A DNA stretch of 64,000 nt from Lama guanicoe (lineage: Eukaryota), in the NCBI GenBank assembly GCA_013239625.1, contig MU054693.1, positions 8,378,443 to 8,442,442 of the forward strand. Direction: 5' to 3'. The translations under genes were made by a program, and so were the position numbers. This document shows positions 1 to 14,327 of this stretch, piece after piece (within the stretch, counting starts at the first letter, position 1; each line of letters opens with the position of its first letter). The notes under the pieces are model-generated. The model was not told the DNA's origin. It did not search any database and saw nothing but the letters and a program-made list of their open reading frames with translations.

Positions 1-1289
1 AGCCAATAAACCACCTTGAATGCCAGCAAATGGAAGTGAAGACTGCACGGCAGACCCACCTGCAGCTGGCCTCGGGCAGGGTTCCGGGAAGCGAGCTGGC
101 TGGGTCTAGACCGGCCTCCACCTGCCTCCACCTGCCTCCGCCTCCACCTGCCTTGATGAAGCCCTACAAGCCCCAGGTGGTAAACGCTGCCTTTGTTCCA
201 GGAGTTTGCGTTTGCTGAGTTGACAGCCTTGATCAGGAAAGCAACCCTTGGCAGGAGAAGGCGAGGCAGGCATGACAAGATGAAGTCCAAACCCCTTAGC
301 GTGGCATTTGAGGCTCTCTGTGAACCCTTGGCCTCCCCACCTTCTGCCCCAGCCCCCTCAGGCTGCTGTCTGTCCCTGAGCACGAACTTCTCCCTCTTGG
401 CGCTGTCTTTGAATTTGCTGCATGCCCTGCCTAAGATGACTTGACCCCCCACCCCCACCACCCCCAACACCATGTTTCACCTGGATAATTCCTCCTCCAC
501 TACCCTCATCACTTCTGCGATGAACCAGAATCTCCTGAGGGAGGGCCCCCAGGGAATTTACGCTTTTAAGAAGCTCCCTGGGCAATTTGGGTGATCAGCC
601 AGCTTCGGAAACAACAGTGTAAACAATACACATTCTTCCCACCACAGAAACCCTCAAGACGTTTTCTGCCCTTCCATAGTCCCCTGTGGGGGAGTCTCCA
701 TGCTATACATTGATGGGGAGGGTTGGGGGAGGGGGCATGGAACAAAAGGGGCAAATATGGAGAGAAAAGACCAGAAGGATAGTGGGGAGGGAAGGGAGTC
801 TGTTCTCCAGCAGTTCCTTGGACCGGTTCGGGATCTCTGTGGAGAAGAGGTTTAGAGACACAAGTTCACAGAAACGTCTAAGAGGGACTTCATGACAACC
901 TGCGCGTAAGCAGAGACAGAGCCCGGGGACCAATCTGGGCACAGAGGAAGGGGACCAATCTGGGCACATGCCCTAAAAGCTGCAAACTTCAGGAGCATCC
1001 AGGGGCACCTCTTGTCAGCAGAAGGACTCTAGGAAGCAGAGGAAGCGAGGGAGACCTAGGCAGATGCTACAGAGGGTGGTACCTTGCCGACTTCCCACTG
1101 CAGGGAGTGGAAGTGACTCAGGGCCCCAGCTGAGGGCTTTGAACTCCTTGCCTACAGTGCTCCCAGGCCATGCCTCCCAATGACAGAGTGTGTTGGGGAG
1201 ATCAGGCACAGCCACTGGCTCCTGGGAGACACTTCAGCCCCTTTGTTGGCTGATCTGACTTGGGCTCAAGAACACTTTGAACCAAGCAG

Positions 1290-1765
1290 ATACGCGTACA
1301 CCAGCGTTCACAGCAGCCTTATTCACAACAGCCACAAGGAGGAAGTGATCTAAGTGTCCATCGATGGATGAGCGGATAAACAAAATGCGGTCTATACAAA
1401 CCATAGAATATTATTCAAACCCAAAAGGAATGAAATTGAGATATGTGCTATAAATGTGTAAATCTTAAAAACATTATGCTCAGTGAAATAAGCCACACAG
1501 AGGACAAATGCATGATTCCACTTACGCGAGGGACCCAGAAAACAAATTCACAGAGACAGAAAGTACAATAAAGGTTACCAGGGACAGAGGGAGGGGGGAA
1601 TAGAAGTTATGGTTTAATGGGCACAGCGTTTATGTTGGGGATTATGAAAAGGTTTGGGTATAGCTTTGGGGATGTCTACACAACATTGTAAGTGTATTCA
1701 ATGCCACCGAATTGTACAAATGGCCAAAATGTTATTATGTATAATTTACTACAATAAAAATAACA
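1290..1765 (+). mobile_element. Old L1 3'-end fragment (L1MB-like); ends approximate
   Basis: Typical L1 3' motifs (aagtgtccatcgatggatga, cattatgctcagtgaaataagcca, catgattccactta) ending in an A-rich tail. Confidence 0.8.
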
Positions 1766-2191
1766 ACAAAAATGGGACTAGAACATTTTTAAAAATCTTT
1801 TTTTTTTACCTTGGCTCAATGACTCTCCAAAAGCTTTGCCAAACCTCCCTGGACTGCTCTGCCATCTAGGATGCTAGGACCCAACCCCTACTCCTCTCTC
1901 CTCCACTTAGGCTCAGACTTGTCTCTCGGTCTGATGGTTCTCCAGCCTCCCCTGGTTCCCTCCCAATTTCCTTCCACACACACATTTCCTCCCTCATACA
2001 ATCTATGCCCATTTCATCTCATCCTGGCGCCTGCTTCTCGGAGGACGAGGATTCACACACGGGGTGAATGAAGCTCATTCACTGGTTCACAGGCACATGT
2101 GAATCCCCCACAATCCCTCCAAACCTGGGCATTCTCAGAACAATCAGCAGGACACACTGAGCCACAGCAGGCTAACACACTTCCAAAAGCT

Positions 2192-2197
2192 TTTATT
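2192..2197 (-). terminator. GSN: GSN polyadenylation signal AATAAA
   Basis: tttatt on the + strand, ~230 nt past the stop, followed on the minus strand by GU-rich sequence (gtgtgttagcc...gtgtgtcc). Confidence 0.88.
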
Positions 2198-2423
2198 GAA
2201 TTCAATTTCCAAAAGCACAGATACTTAAGACAAGTTTTGCAAGGACCCTGAATTTTTGCAGGGCTGTTTGGCTACTGTAAAAAAAAAAGAAAAAGAAAAA
2301 AGAAAAAAACAGACCACATACACACACACCCCAGAGTGGCCCTGCTCACTGTAAGGTCTCTTTGAGGGATGGACAGTTCTCTGAAAGGCACTGACCGGTG
2401 ACAGGGGTGGGGCCTGCCCCTCC

Positions 2424-2593
2424 TCAGGCAGCCAGCTCAGCCATGACCCTGTCAAAGGGATCCACAGACCAGTAGTCATCATCCCAGCCGAGGAACCAGC
2501 CCACAAAGGAAGGAGGCTCAAAGCCTTGCTTCACCACGGTGATGGGGGTCCGTCTGTCACGATTAGCCGGGTCTGTCTCAAGGTACCGCTTAG
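2424..2593 (-). CDS. GSN: Coding exon 17 (last): (A)[16 protein letters not shown]...[15 protein letters not shown]
   Basis: ctgcag|CT acceptor; TGA at 2424-2426; gelsolin C-terminal tail helix. Confidence 0.98.
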
Positions 2594-3136
2594 CTGCAGA
2601 CACACATGCAAAACAATCCTTAGTGCCTCCCTCACCAAGGAGAGGTGGTTCAATTGCCTAAGATGGTTTTTGGTCCTACGGTCCCTAATGCCCTTAAAGG
2701 CAATGACAGAACACAGCAAGGGACAAGGGTCGTAGTATAATGTCCAGCTTTACAAAGCTTGTATCATTTTTCTCTAGCTGTCGTCTATTGGAAGATACAA
2801 AAAAATAACCAAAACAGTTTGGGGGTTCCCAGATTCCAAATCAGATTTACTCAACTACCAGGGATCTGCTTTCCAACATCTAAACCAGGACAAGTTTGGT
2901 CCCTGGGCGTTCTGGGAAACTGGACAGCTTCTATTTGTTCCTTCCTTTCCTGGCAAGACCTGTGGCTTTCTGCAGGAACTGAGCTGTTCTCTCACCACCT
3001 CAGGGAGGGCTCACCAGGGGCTGACCATGGGTGAGGAAGTCCCCACCCCACTGTCACAAATGCCCAGACCCATACCGGAAGCTGCCCCCACACCCCACTG
3101 CAGGAAAGAGACCCATGGGCACACTTGGGTCCTCAC

Positions 3137-3197
3137 CAGAGCTCAAGGCTTCTGTCTTTTCCTCTTCTTGAGAATCCTTTCCAACCCAGACAAAGAT
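3137..3197 (-). CDS. GSN: Coding exon 16, G6: IFVWVGKDSQEEEKTEALSS
   Basis: ctgcag|ATC acceptor, CTG|gtgagg donor, 61 nt. Confidence 0.98.
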
Positions 3198-3608
3198 CTG
3201 CAGGAGAGATGGGAGATGAAAGATGTGAAATTAAAAGTGCACGAGGGGTGCTGATCACACTGGCTGCTGGAGGAAGAACATTCCAGGTGCCGTGCCAGAC
3301 ACCTCCTCCATTGCAGCGCCCACAGACTGTGAACAGAAGGATCTGGAACAGAGATTACAAACTGGTGACCTACAACCTGTTTTGTTGGCCCACCTAGCCC
3401 ACTGGAGGGTGATCTGCAATGTCTTTCTAGACAAATTTACTTACTCGCTGATTACATTAAATCTAGACTTTCAACTTCCCTTGAAAACGGGGAGGGTCTG
3501 GCAACCTTCACCCTCACATTGGATGAAGCTGAGCAGAGGCTGCCGCTGCATATGGTCCCACTGCTGCAAAATTCAGCTTTCTTTATCAACAGATTTAAAG
3601 TAAGAGTT

Positions 3609-3708
3609 TGTGGGGTAGACTGTAGCTCCGTGGTAGAGTGCATGCTTAGCATGCATGAGTCCTGGGTTCAGTCCTAGTATCTCCATTAAAAAATAAAGTT
3701 AAAAAAAA
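3609..3708 (+). mobile_element. tRNA-derived SINE (camelid Vic-1-like)
   Basis: A box (tagctccgtggtagag), B-box-like ggttcagtcc, A-rich tail, 12-bp TSD aaagtaagagtt (3597-3608 / 3709-3720). Confidence 0.85.
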
Positions 3709-3846
3709 AAAGTAAGAGTTCACTCTCCCCTAAGGCCTGAGAGAGAACGCTGGTCATCTGATTGGCATTTATGTGGTGCTTTGCAGTTTGCAAGGGGGTT
3801 TTATCCACCTCTCATCTTGTGGGATTATGCAAGGTGGGTACCATCA

Positions 3847-4086
<240 letters not shown>

Positions 4087-4231
4087 CTACAGAGCTGGCT
4101 GCAGCCCGCAGGGGTCTGTGCTGTGCCGTCAGAGCCGTTTCTCCCCGCCCCTGCTGCGAGGCAAGGGCCCCGCCCCTTGGGACACACCTCCCAAGGGGAA
4201 AGCAGAGGTAGCGACCTCCGCTGGGGCTCAC

Positions 4232-4356
4232 CACAAAACGTCCGATCTTGTTGGAGCAGGCGAAGAGACGAGGAGGGTGGGCATCCATCTTCTTGTCCTT
4301 CAGCCGTGGGGACGTGCGGTAGGCGGCCTTCCCACCCAGGGCCTCCCAGAAGCTGT
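4232..4356 (-). CDS. GSN: Coding exon 14, G5/G6: (D)[18 protein letters not shown]...NKIGRFV
   Basis: tcacag|AC acceptor, GTG|gtgagc donor, 125 nt. Confidence 0.98.
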
Positions 4357-4769
4357 CTGTGAGGGAAGGACACACCAGGTACCAACTGACACTCCTGCCC
4401 CGTCCCCCACACTTCTCCTTAGACCCCGGGACAACCAACTGCTCTCAATCCCCACCCACCATCTTCAAATCCCAGGGCACCAAAGAGGGAGAGGGCCTGA
4501 GGGATTCGAAGGTGATGAAACGGAGGCCCAGAGAGGGCAGACTTGGCAGCAGACACATAGCCAGGACAACTTCTGGTTTGAGACTGACGACAGCAGTGCG
4601 AGATGGGGATAATTATCCTCGCTCAACAGATGAGGTGGTTGAGGCTCAGAGAGGTTAAGCAACTCATCCAACATCACACAGCTAGCATGTAGTAAAGCTA
4701 GGATGCACACCTCATCTGACTCCAATTCCCATATTTTTCCCACCATACCTGCATTATACCTCCTCCACT

Positions 4770-4950
4770 ATACCTGTCCACATGTGCTATTTAAATTTAA
4801 ATGCATTAAAATTAAATATAATTAAAGATTCAGTTTCTCATTCTAATTTCCATCAGTCACATTTCAGGTGCTCATTAGCCTAAACATGTGACTGGTGGCC
4901 ACCAAACTGGACCTGTCCGTTCTCTCAGAAGGTTCCAGTGGACTGTGCTG
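4770..4950. mobile_element. hAT-Charlie MITE (MER3/MER33-like)
   Basis: cacatgtgctatttaaatttaa...tcacatttcaggtgctcattagcc...acatgtgactggtggccacc pattern. Confidence 0.65.
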
Positions 4951-5336
4951 ATCTAGATGGACCTACCCTCCCCCATTTCTACTAAGCATTGAGCAGGAGG
5001 GAGTGGGCTTAAAAGGAAGACTGAAAGACTGACGGCTGGCCAGGAGGACGTTCCTGACCTATACTCTGGAAACAAAGCAGGCTTTCTGTCCGTGGAGATT
5101 CTCAAGACTGTGGCCCCTGTGAGGCTGTTACTTTTGCCTACAATCTTCCTAGCAACGCTTCCTAGCAAGTGACTGCCTCCTGCAGCAGCCTTCCCCGCCT
5201 GCCCTCGCCCACACTGAGCGCTCTTTTCTCTAACTCCAGGGGACCTCCCTTTCCCTGAACACAGACCTCATCTTCACTCAATCTACTTTTATTAACACAC
5301 ACTAGGGCACCGGTGCTGAGGAGTGGGGAGGATCTA

Positions 5337-5639
<303 letters not shown>

Positions 5640-5803
5640 TCAGCCTCCTTCTCACAGCCCAGGACATGAGGGCAGGACCAGCTCCTGGGTGGGGACTTGG
5701 GGGAACACACTCCACCAGAGCTGAAGACATGGACCTTGGACACTGAGGGGCTTTGTTGACTCCCATGAGTCATTAACACACTATGGCTAGCCACGGAGAG
5801 TCA

Positions 5804-6412
<609 letters not shown>

Positions 6413-7689
6413 TCAGGAAAGGAGGCGGGTGGTGCATCAGTCCTCCCGTGCGACACCAGGCTCACCGCCGCCGCCCCTCCCCACAGTCAGCATGGCCCAG
6501 GCTCACCCCTCAAATGAGGTCATGACGCTTGTGTCTGTGTTGGGGGTGGAGCGTGACCCTGTGGCACACAGGGCTGGGCAGGGAAACGGGAGTTCCAGGA
6601 AGGCTGGCGACAGCACCACTGCCTGAGGTCCCCCGGGCGCTGCCGGGCATGAACCCCTCCCACGAGGCCCTGCCTTGCTGACCCTGAGTCTAATCCAAGA
6701 ACCAAGAGAGCCCACATTTGCAAATATTCCCTTAAATGGAAGCACAGGGATTGTTCGCGGACATTCTTCCAGGACGGTGACGTCAGCCTGGGGCATGAAA
6801 GCGGGCGGAGTGGTGAGAATGGAGCCTTCCAGATCTGGAGAGACCCCTGGTGCACGGCCAGTGCACCCCACAAAGCAGGCTGCAGTCAGGGGCTTGGTGG
6901 TGAGAGGGAGGCAGTCTTGGAGGCCTAAGATACATCCTGGCCCACGTGCCCACTTCATTTCAGATGCCAGTTGTGGCCCTGGCCAGCTAAATCCAGAAGG
7001 TAACCTGCCGTGCGTGCTGGGGGTATTGTGGTCACTTTGAAGCAGGAGCCACTACTGCTGGCTCAGGGCTCAGAGCCCAGCTCCACCCTGATGGTGAGAG
7101 TTCAGGCCTCAACCTCTCAGATTCTGCCTGTGTGAGGCGGGACCAAGAATGCTACTCTTAAGGCTGTTGTTGGGCTGTTCTAAGACAGAAATCATCCCAC
7201 TCGGCGCCCAGAGGACCCCACTGTCATGGTCAAAGTACAGGGCACCAACCCCAGATCTAAATCCAGAGCCCCGCCCACTCCAAGGGTAGGACCGAGGACT
7301 GACTCCTTCTCCCACATCTCCCCCACCTGGCTCTGCTGCCCTGCAAGACCCCACATTGTTGCCAAAGCAACCTTTCAAACTCAGAAATCCCTTCACATCA
7401 CATTGTCCCTGGCCTTCTCAAGGTCAAGGTCAACATCCTCACCGTGACTTCTAGACTGGGTCTGGTCCCTCTGATCCCCTCCCCAGACTCCTATCATGGC
7501 ATTTCCCCGCTTGCTTTAAATCTAGTGCCCCCCTCCCACCTCAGGACCTTTGCATGCACTATTCCCTCTACCTGGAATGTGCCTGGCCAACTCCTACTCA
7601 TCCATTAGGTTGCAGCTGAAAAATCCCTTCCTCAAGGGGCCTTTGTCTAATCCAACTAGAACCTACCTGGGATCTATGTGTCCTTATAC

Positions 7690-7915
7690 TTAACACACAT
7701 GTATAAGGGGCCTTCTAGAGGCCAAGCATCGTTCTAAATGCTTTACAAATGTTAACTCTTCATCCTCACAGCAATCTTGTGAGATAGGTACTGTTACTAC
7801 CCTGAGTTTGAGAATATAGAGGCAGAGAGAGGTTAAGTCTGTCCAAGGTTGCCCAGAGGTGAAGACCAGATTCAAACCCAAGCAGGCTGGCTCTAAGTCC
7901 AACCTCTGAACTGTT
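7690..7915. mobile_element. MIR SINE (representative; MIR fragments recur throughout, e.g. ~11030, 14000, 21950, 29090, 34660, 40950, 42780, 54200, 63790)
   Basis: Core motifs tcctcacagcaatcttgtgagataggt...gaggcagagagaggttaagt...ttcaaacccaag; elsewhere cccattttacagatgaggaaactgagg. Confidence 0.8.
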
Positions 7916-8235
7916 CCGCCAGGCTGCCTCTCTGCTCCTCTCTCCACAGCATCTTTATTTTCACTCACTGCACACATCACAGTGTGTGATAGTACATTCA
8001 TTGGCTTGTGTGTCTGTTGAACAGCTTTCTCCCCGCTAGACTGTGAGCCACATCAGAACAGTTCAGGGCAGGGCAGGGGCAGGAATCTGTATATTCACAG
8101 CTGCAGGCACATAGAAGCCCTGCATACATGTCTGTTGAAAGGATGGGTGAATGGATTGATGGACAGTCAGATAGATGAGTGAACAAATGGACAGGGCCCA
8201 GGGTGCGGCCCCGAGGGGAAGTGGGCAGGGCTCAC

Positions 8236-8326
8236 CTGGACAGGGGTACCTCCCAGCTCCTCATCCAGCTGGGCAGTCAGGATGGCAGACGCGGCGACCT
8301 CATCCTGGGTGGACTGGCCGCCCTGC
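8236..8326 (-). CDS. GSN: Coding exon 11, G4: [30 protein letters not shown]
   Basis: ttccag|G acceptor, CAG|gtgagc donor, 91 nt. Confidence 0.98.
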
Positions 8327-8769
8327 CTGGAAGGGAAGTGATACTTAGCACTGAGGTTTGCACAAAGCCCCAAGTCTGTCCTTTACCCTGGGCCTGAGAA
8401 ACCCACAGCTCTCCAGATTACAGGTAATGAAACTGAGACACAGGGAGTGAAAGGGATGCTCTCAAAGAACCAAACCAACATGCCACACCCCCAGCTCAGG
8501 GTCTCACCATCGTGTAGAGATCTGAGCACACCAGCGGACTTCCTCAACCTAACTGTGCCCTGTGGGAAGATGGGGGAGGTGGCCTTCTGCCCCACCTCTT
8601 CCTATACTGTCTAAATTTCCCATCCATGTGTTAACTGTATAAGCAAACAAAATCTGACAAATCACTGTGTCGAGGCAGCCAACTGAAAAAACAAACAGCC
8701 TTCTCACGAATTTTGTACCATGTACTAGTCCCCCAGATTTTCTTTCAAGCTGCTTTTAAAAGCCTTAGG

Positions 8770-10090
8770 TTGTCAAATTGAGAGGTATTCTACAAAATAA
8801 CTGATTAGGACCCTTCCAAAGAATCAAAGTTGTGAAAGGAAAGCAAAGATGGAGGAACTGTCACAGATTAAGGACGTGGTGATTAAATGTCACCAGGAAG
8901 ACACAATGGCTACACACCATGTGACATCCTGGGTTAGATCCTAGACCAGAAAAAGGATATTAGTGGGAGGACTGGTGAAATTCAAGTAAGGTCTATAGAT
9001 TAGTAAATAGTATTGTATTAATTTCCTGGTTTTGAAATTTGAACTGTGTTTAGGTAAGATGTGACCATTGAGGGAGCTGTGTAATGGGTGTATGGGAACT
9101 GTCTGTACTATTTTTGCAACTTTTCAGAAAGTCAAGTTATTTCAAAATAAAAAGTTTACAAAAGAAATCCCGGGGCTGGATGGTATATAGCTCAGTGGTA
9201 GAGTGCATGCTTAGCATGCATGAGGTCCTGGGTTCAATCCCCATTACCTCCATATAAAATAAGTAAGTATATAAACAAATAAATACCTAATTACCCCCAA
9301 AAAATTAAAAAAAAAAGAAATTCAACAGCTAGTTTTCAGAAAGTTTGAGATTGCACAGTAAGAGAAATACCAATGAAAAATACTATACTGCAATAACATT
9401 TTTATAAACTGTAAGGTGGACAAATAGACAAAAGTTTGATAACACAGTCCACCGGTGAGGCTGTAGGGGAACACTCTCACTCGTTGTTGGTGGGAATGCA
9501 AACACTATAAACTCCATCTAGGGAAATCAAGCACTCTCTGTCAAAATGACAAGTGCATTTACTCTTTGACCCAGCAATCCCATTTTTGGGGACTTATTCT
9601 AGAACTATTTCTCTACACATTCAAAGTGATGTTCATTTAAAGTCACTAATCACAGCAATACTTGTAATAGCAAAAGTGTGGAATCAATCTAAGTAGGCAT
9701 CAGCAGGAAGTTTGTTAAATAAACTACAGGATAGCCACACAATGGAATATTATGCAGCTGTGAAAAAGAGTAAGGAAGCTTTTCATAGATTGAGCTCCAG
9801 GAAGTGTTAAGTGAAAAGAGCAAAGTGTAGGACAGCATACATAGTATGCTATCTTTGTGTTTAAGGAAGGGAGAGAGTTAAGAATATAGGGTCATATTTG
9901 TATATACTTGCATTAAAAATACTGGAAGGATGTATAAGAAATTAATGAAAGTGGGTATCCATGGAGGGATGGGGGTTGGAGAGGAAGGTGGAGAGGGATA
10001 GGATGGGGACAAGATTGCTCAATAGATGCCTTTTTATCATTCTGTTTTGATTTTTGACTCATGACTGCATTATCTGTTTTTAAAGAATTA
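8770..10090 (+). mobile_element. Cluster of old L1 fragments (L1MC/L1ME-like) interrupted by the SINE at 9170
   Basis: AT-rich; motifs tttgacccagcaatcccat, aatggaatattatgcagc, tactatttttgcaactttt. Confidence 0.72.
9170..9312 (+). mobile_element. tRNA-derived SINE (camelid Vic-1-like)
   Basis: tagctcagtggtagagtgcatgcttagcatgcatgaggtcctgggttcaatcc, A-rich tail, TSD aaaagaaat. Confidence 0.87.
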
Positions 10091-10428
10091 AAAATAATTT
10101 TTAATTAGAAAACACATGGGAGGATAAACTGTACTTAGAGTGGAATTGGGGGAGAGATTTTCTCTTTGTTTCTCCCTGTTTCCTACATCTCCTACAATGG
10201 ACATGTGACGCCTTTATGAGAATTGTTTAAAAGTTGTTTTGAGAAATGAGACAGGCGATGTTGCCCTCTGAATGAGAGCCTTTCCCAGTGAAGTGTGGCT
10301 GTCCCGCCTCAGGGCCACACACCCGCAGGCTTCCCTCAGCCCTGTTCACCACCCCCCTGGCTGCCACGCTCGGGGTCCAGCCGGTGCCCCCCACACCGCA
10401 CCCCACAGCACAGGGCCCCAGACCCTCA

Positions 10429-10563
<135 letters not shown>

Positions 10564-11366
10564 CTAGCAGAGCAAAGCTGGGCTCAGACACAGTGCACCT
10601 CCCCTCGCACCCCTCAACTCAGACCAGCTGGGAAACCAGAGTGGTGGAGAGCGGTCACACAGCAGACTCCACTCGGACTCAGACTAAAGTTAAGTAACTG
10701 GCCTGAATCACAGAGACTCAAATCCAGGTCTCCTGCTCCGGGATCCTTCCACTGCATCCAGCCCCACCCTGTACTTCCTCCTCGTAAAGATCAGCACAGG
10801 CAGGGCGAGCTGTATGGTGGTATTTATTTTCAATTTTTCTTTTTTTTTTTTCCTTTTTATCTTCTTTAAAATTTTTTCCTTTTTAAAAATATTTTCTTTC
10901 CCATTATTTTTTGCATGGTGGTACTTAGAACATGTGTTTAGTGGGTATAACGCTAGGTAACAAAGGCTAAAGCTACAAATCAATATATAACCTGGATCCA
11001 AATCAGGCTCCACCCCCTTAGAGGTTGTGAGACTTTACATGACTTGCTTAACATCAATGAGCCTCAGTTTCCCCATCTGAGAAACAGGAATAATAAGGGT
11101 TGTTGTGAAGATCAAATAAGTTTATTCACAAAAGTCCAGCACTGTGCCTGGAAAAGGGTGATGGCTCTGCAGGCAGCAGTGACTCTTATTAAAATTATTA
11201 TTATTTTATTACTAATATTACCATTATCAGTATCATTCTTAAATTGTCTGGATTTTGTAGATCAGCTGCAGAGACAGGACCATCGCTCGGTGACCTGAGA
11301 ATGACTCCTGTTGCCAGATCTCTTTGCAGAGCTCTGGTGACAGTTTTCCGAGTGCTCACGAAGCCC

Positions 11367-11386
11367 TGCAGCGCCACCTGGTGGTG
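11367..11386 (-). promoter_or_regulatory. CTCF motif CCACCAGGTGGCGCTG
   Basis: Near-perfect match to the CTCF core consensus; motif only, no binding data. Confidence 0.6.
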
Positions 11387-12202
11387 CTGCAATCCAAGGA
11401 AACAAGCCCAGAATCTCTAACCCTGGAAGATTCTTGAAAGGTATGGGATTAAATCTCATTTTACAGGTGAGGAAAGTCAGGCTCCAAGAGGTTAAGTAGC
11501 TCGCCCTAGGTCATACAGCCGGGCGGCCAGGGCCCTTTCTCCACTGCTCTATCCTGATCATTTTCATGGCCCCCTCCCCTCCCACTGAAGTAATGAATGA
11601 ATGATGAATGAAGAATAATAATGCCAATGAGAAAAATAATAAATACAAGTGAACTCTTTTGCTATTTCTATTATAGAATAGAGTCAACATTTTTCTCAAG
11701 TGGATTCTACCTCATAAACATCTCTGAACCCCACCTCTCCATCTTTGCTGTCACCTTCCTGGTTTCAAGGTCATTTTCTCTCTCCTAAACTATTATAATC
11801 ACCTCCTCATGAGGTCTCTACCCTTGTTTTCTTGCCTCTAATTCATCTTCACAGTGAGTTTCAGAAGCAATTGCTGCTTTTAAAAAAAGAAAAAGAAAAG
11901 AAAACCCTCACTAGCACATAATGGTTACAGGATTAAGTCCACATCCTTGGACACGGGTTCAAGGCTCTCTTGGAGGACACCACCACCAGGCTCCCAGGAC
12001 AGCTCTCTGCCTGGAATACCCACTCTCCCTCTCTGGCAGCAAACTCCTACTCATACTCTGAGGCCCAAGAAAAGGGTCTCCATCTCTGTGACAAATGCCC
12101 TGTCCACCCACCCTCACTGCCCTTCCTATTCCCATAATCCCCATGCACCTCCCATCTTCCACTGACCACACAGGTCTGAGCAATCAGCTGTGGCTGTGGT
12201 CA

Positions 12203-12673
<471 letters not shown>

Positions 12674-12844
12674 CTGAGGGTGGGAGGAAGAGCAGGATGT
12701 GGCTGGGCTGGAGTGCCCCTGGGGACAGGGTGGCCCAGCACGGGCCTTCAAGAGAGGCTCAGACACCCAGTCCGCACCGAGGCTGGGACACCCACCCCAG
12801 CCCAGCCCTTCCGCACCCAAATTGGACCCGTTCTCACTGTCCTA

Positions 12845-12982
<138 letters not shown>

Positions 12983-13448
12983 TCAGTGTCCAGTGACCTG
13001 GGAAAGTAGCAGCCAAACCTCCCTCCCTCTTCTTAGACTGTGGACCAGGGACCCTGGAGCTGACCACGCCATGAGCCTCCGGGGGTCCAGCTGGGGTCCT
13101 GGCTGATGACAGCAAGCACACTGACCACTGTGGCCCATCTACTGAGCTCAGAACTCTACCAAAATTCCTGTGTGTAGTCCACATGACAACCTTATGTGAC
13201 AAAGATCATTAAGTAGCTTGTCCTCATTTACGTACAAGGAAATCAGAGTCTTAGAGATGGTAAGTAGCTGCTACTCGGACCCTCAGGCCCCTCCCCTCTA
13301 AGTTATTGTCCACAGTAGGGGCTCCTCCCCCCACAGTTTGAGTTTACCCCAACCCTGAGAGCCTTCCCATGCCTGGACAGCTCCTGGACAGCTGGTGCCA
13401 GCCCGCCAGCCCCAGCCTTCTTGTCACCAAGGTTGAGGGGCCCAGGTG

Positions 13449-13472
13449 GTAGTGGTAGTAGTAGTAGTAGTA

Positions 13473-13505
<33 letters not shown>

Positions 13506-13506
13506 T
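13449..13506 (+). repeat. Compound microsatellite (AGT)n(AAT)n
   Basis: Directly visible trinucleotide runs. Confidence 0.95.
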
Positions 13507-14194
13507 TATAGCCACAGTGCTCCATCTCTCTCCCCCCACCTCTGCCATTCTCTGTCCACACACTGCCTCCTCCCACTTCTGTCCCCTTCTTTGCACAAGT
13601 CGTAGAGCTTCCTGGGAAGATGCTGATAGGTCCTCCCAGAACATCCAGCGTCTCTCAGAAACATCTGCGCTGACCTTTTCCAAGAGCCTCCCACAATCAG
13701 TCCCACAAGACATTCCACCAAGAGTTCCACAGATCCCTAGCATAGCATTGCCCAAACAGAACCCAGATCACCTTATGAAAAGCCCCAACATACACCAGCA
13801 AGTTAAAGGCTCTTAAAAGTCCTGCAATAAACAAACCTGCTAGCATGATTTAACCCAGTGTTGCCCATACATTTATCTGATCACAGAACTACTTTTTTAA
13901 CATATTTTTTACATGATATCCATTAACCTTTCTAAGAAATAATATTATAACACACTTGGGAAACACCAGTTTTAACCCAAATAGAAAATCTGAGGCCCAG
14001 AGAGGTAAGTACAGTGCCCAAGATCACACAGCAAATCAACCACAAAGCCAGGGCTTTAGACCAAGCAAGACTCCTAATTTCCACTGCCCACAGTATCACC
14101 ACACACTCTACCAGCCCTGGTGAGTCAAATTCCTGCAAGGCAGCAGGAGATCTCACTTGAGGTTCTGGCAGAGCCCTTCCCCTCTCCCCAGTAC

Positions 14195-14327
14195 CTTTCC
14201 AGACAAAGATTTTCCCATCTCTGCCATGGTCCAGGATGAAGCAGTCCTCTGACCTCAAGGCCCCCTGGGCGAAGGGGTTCTCATCAGCCACGAGAGAGAC
14301 CGACATGGTGCCTGCACCGTTGGAGAC
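14195..14327 (-). CDS. GSN: Coding exon 7, G3: [10 protein letters not shown]...GKIFVWK
   Basis: acccag|GTC acceptor, AAG|gtactg donor, 133 nt. Confidence 0.98.

Noticed and set aside
5-10. + strand AATAAA as the 3' end of a convergent neighbour gene (STOM in human)
   Set aside because: Isolated hexamer at the window edge with no supporting exon or UTR evidence.
9185-9250. tRNA-like sequences
   Set aside because: They have A-rich tails and TSDs, so they are SINE heads rather than tRNA genes.
13303-13816. Poly-Leu and poly-Ser/Asn ORFs resembling a signal peptide
   Set aside because: Translation of the (AGT)n(AAT)n microsatellite.
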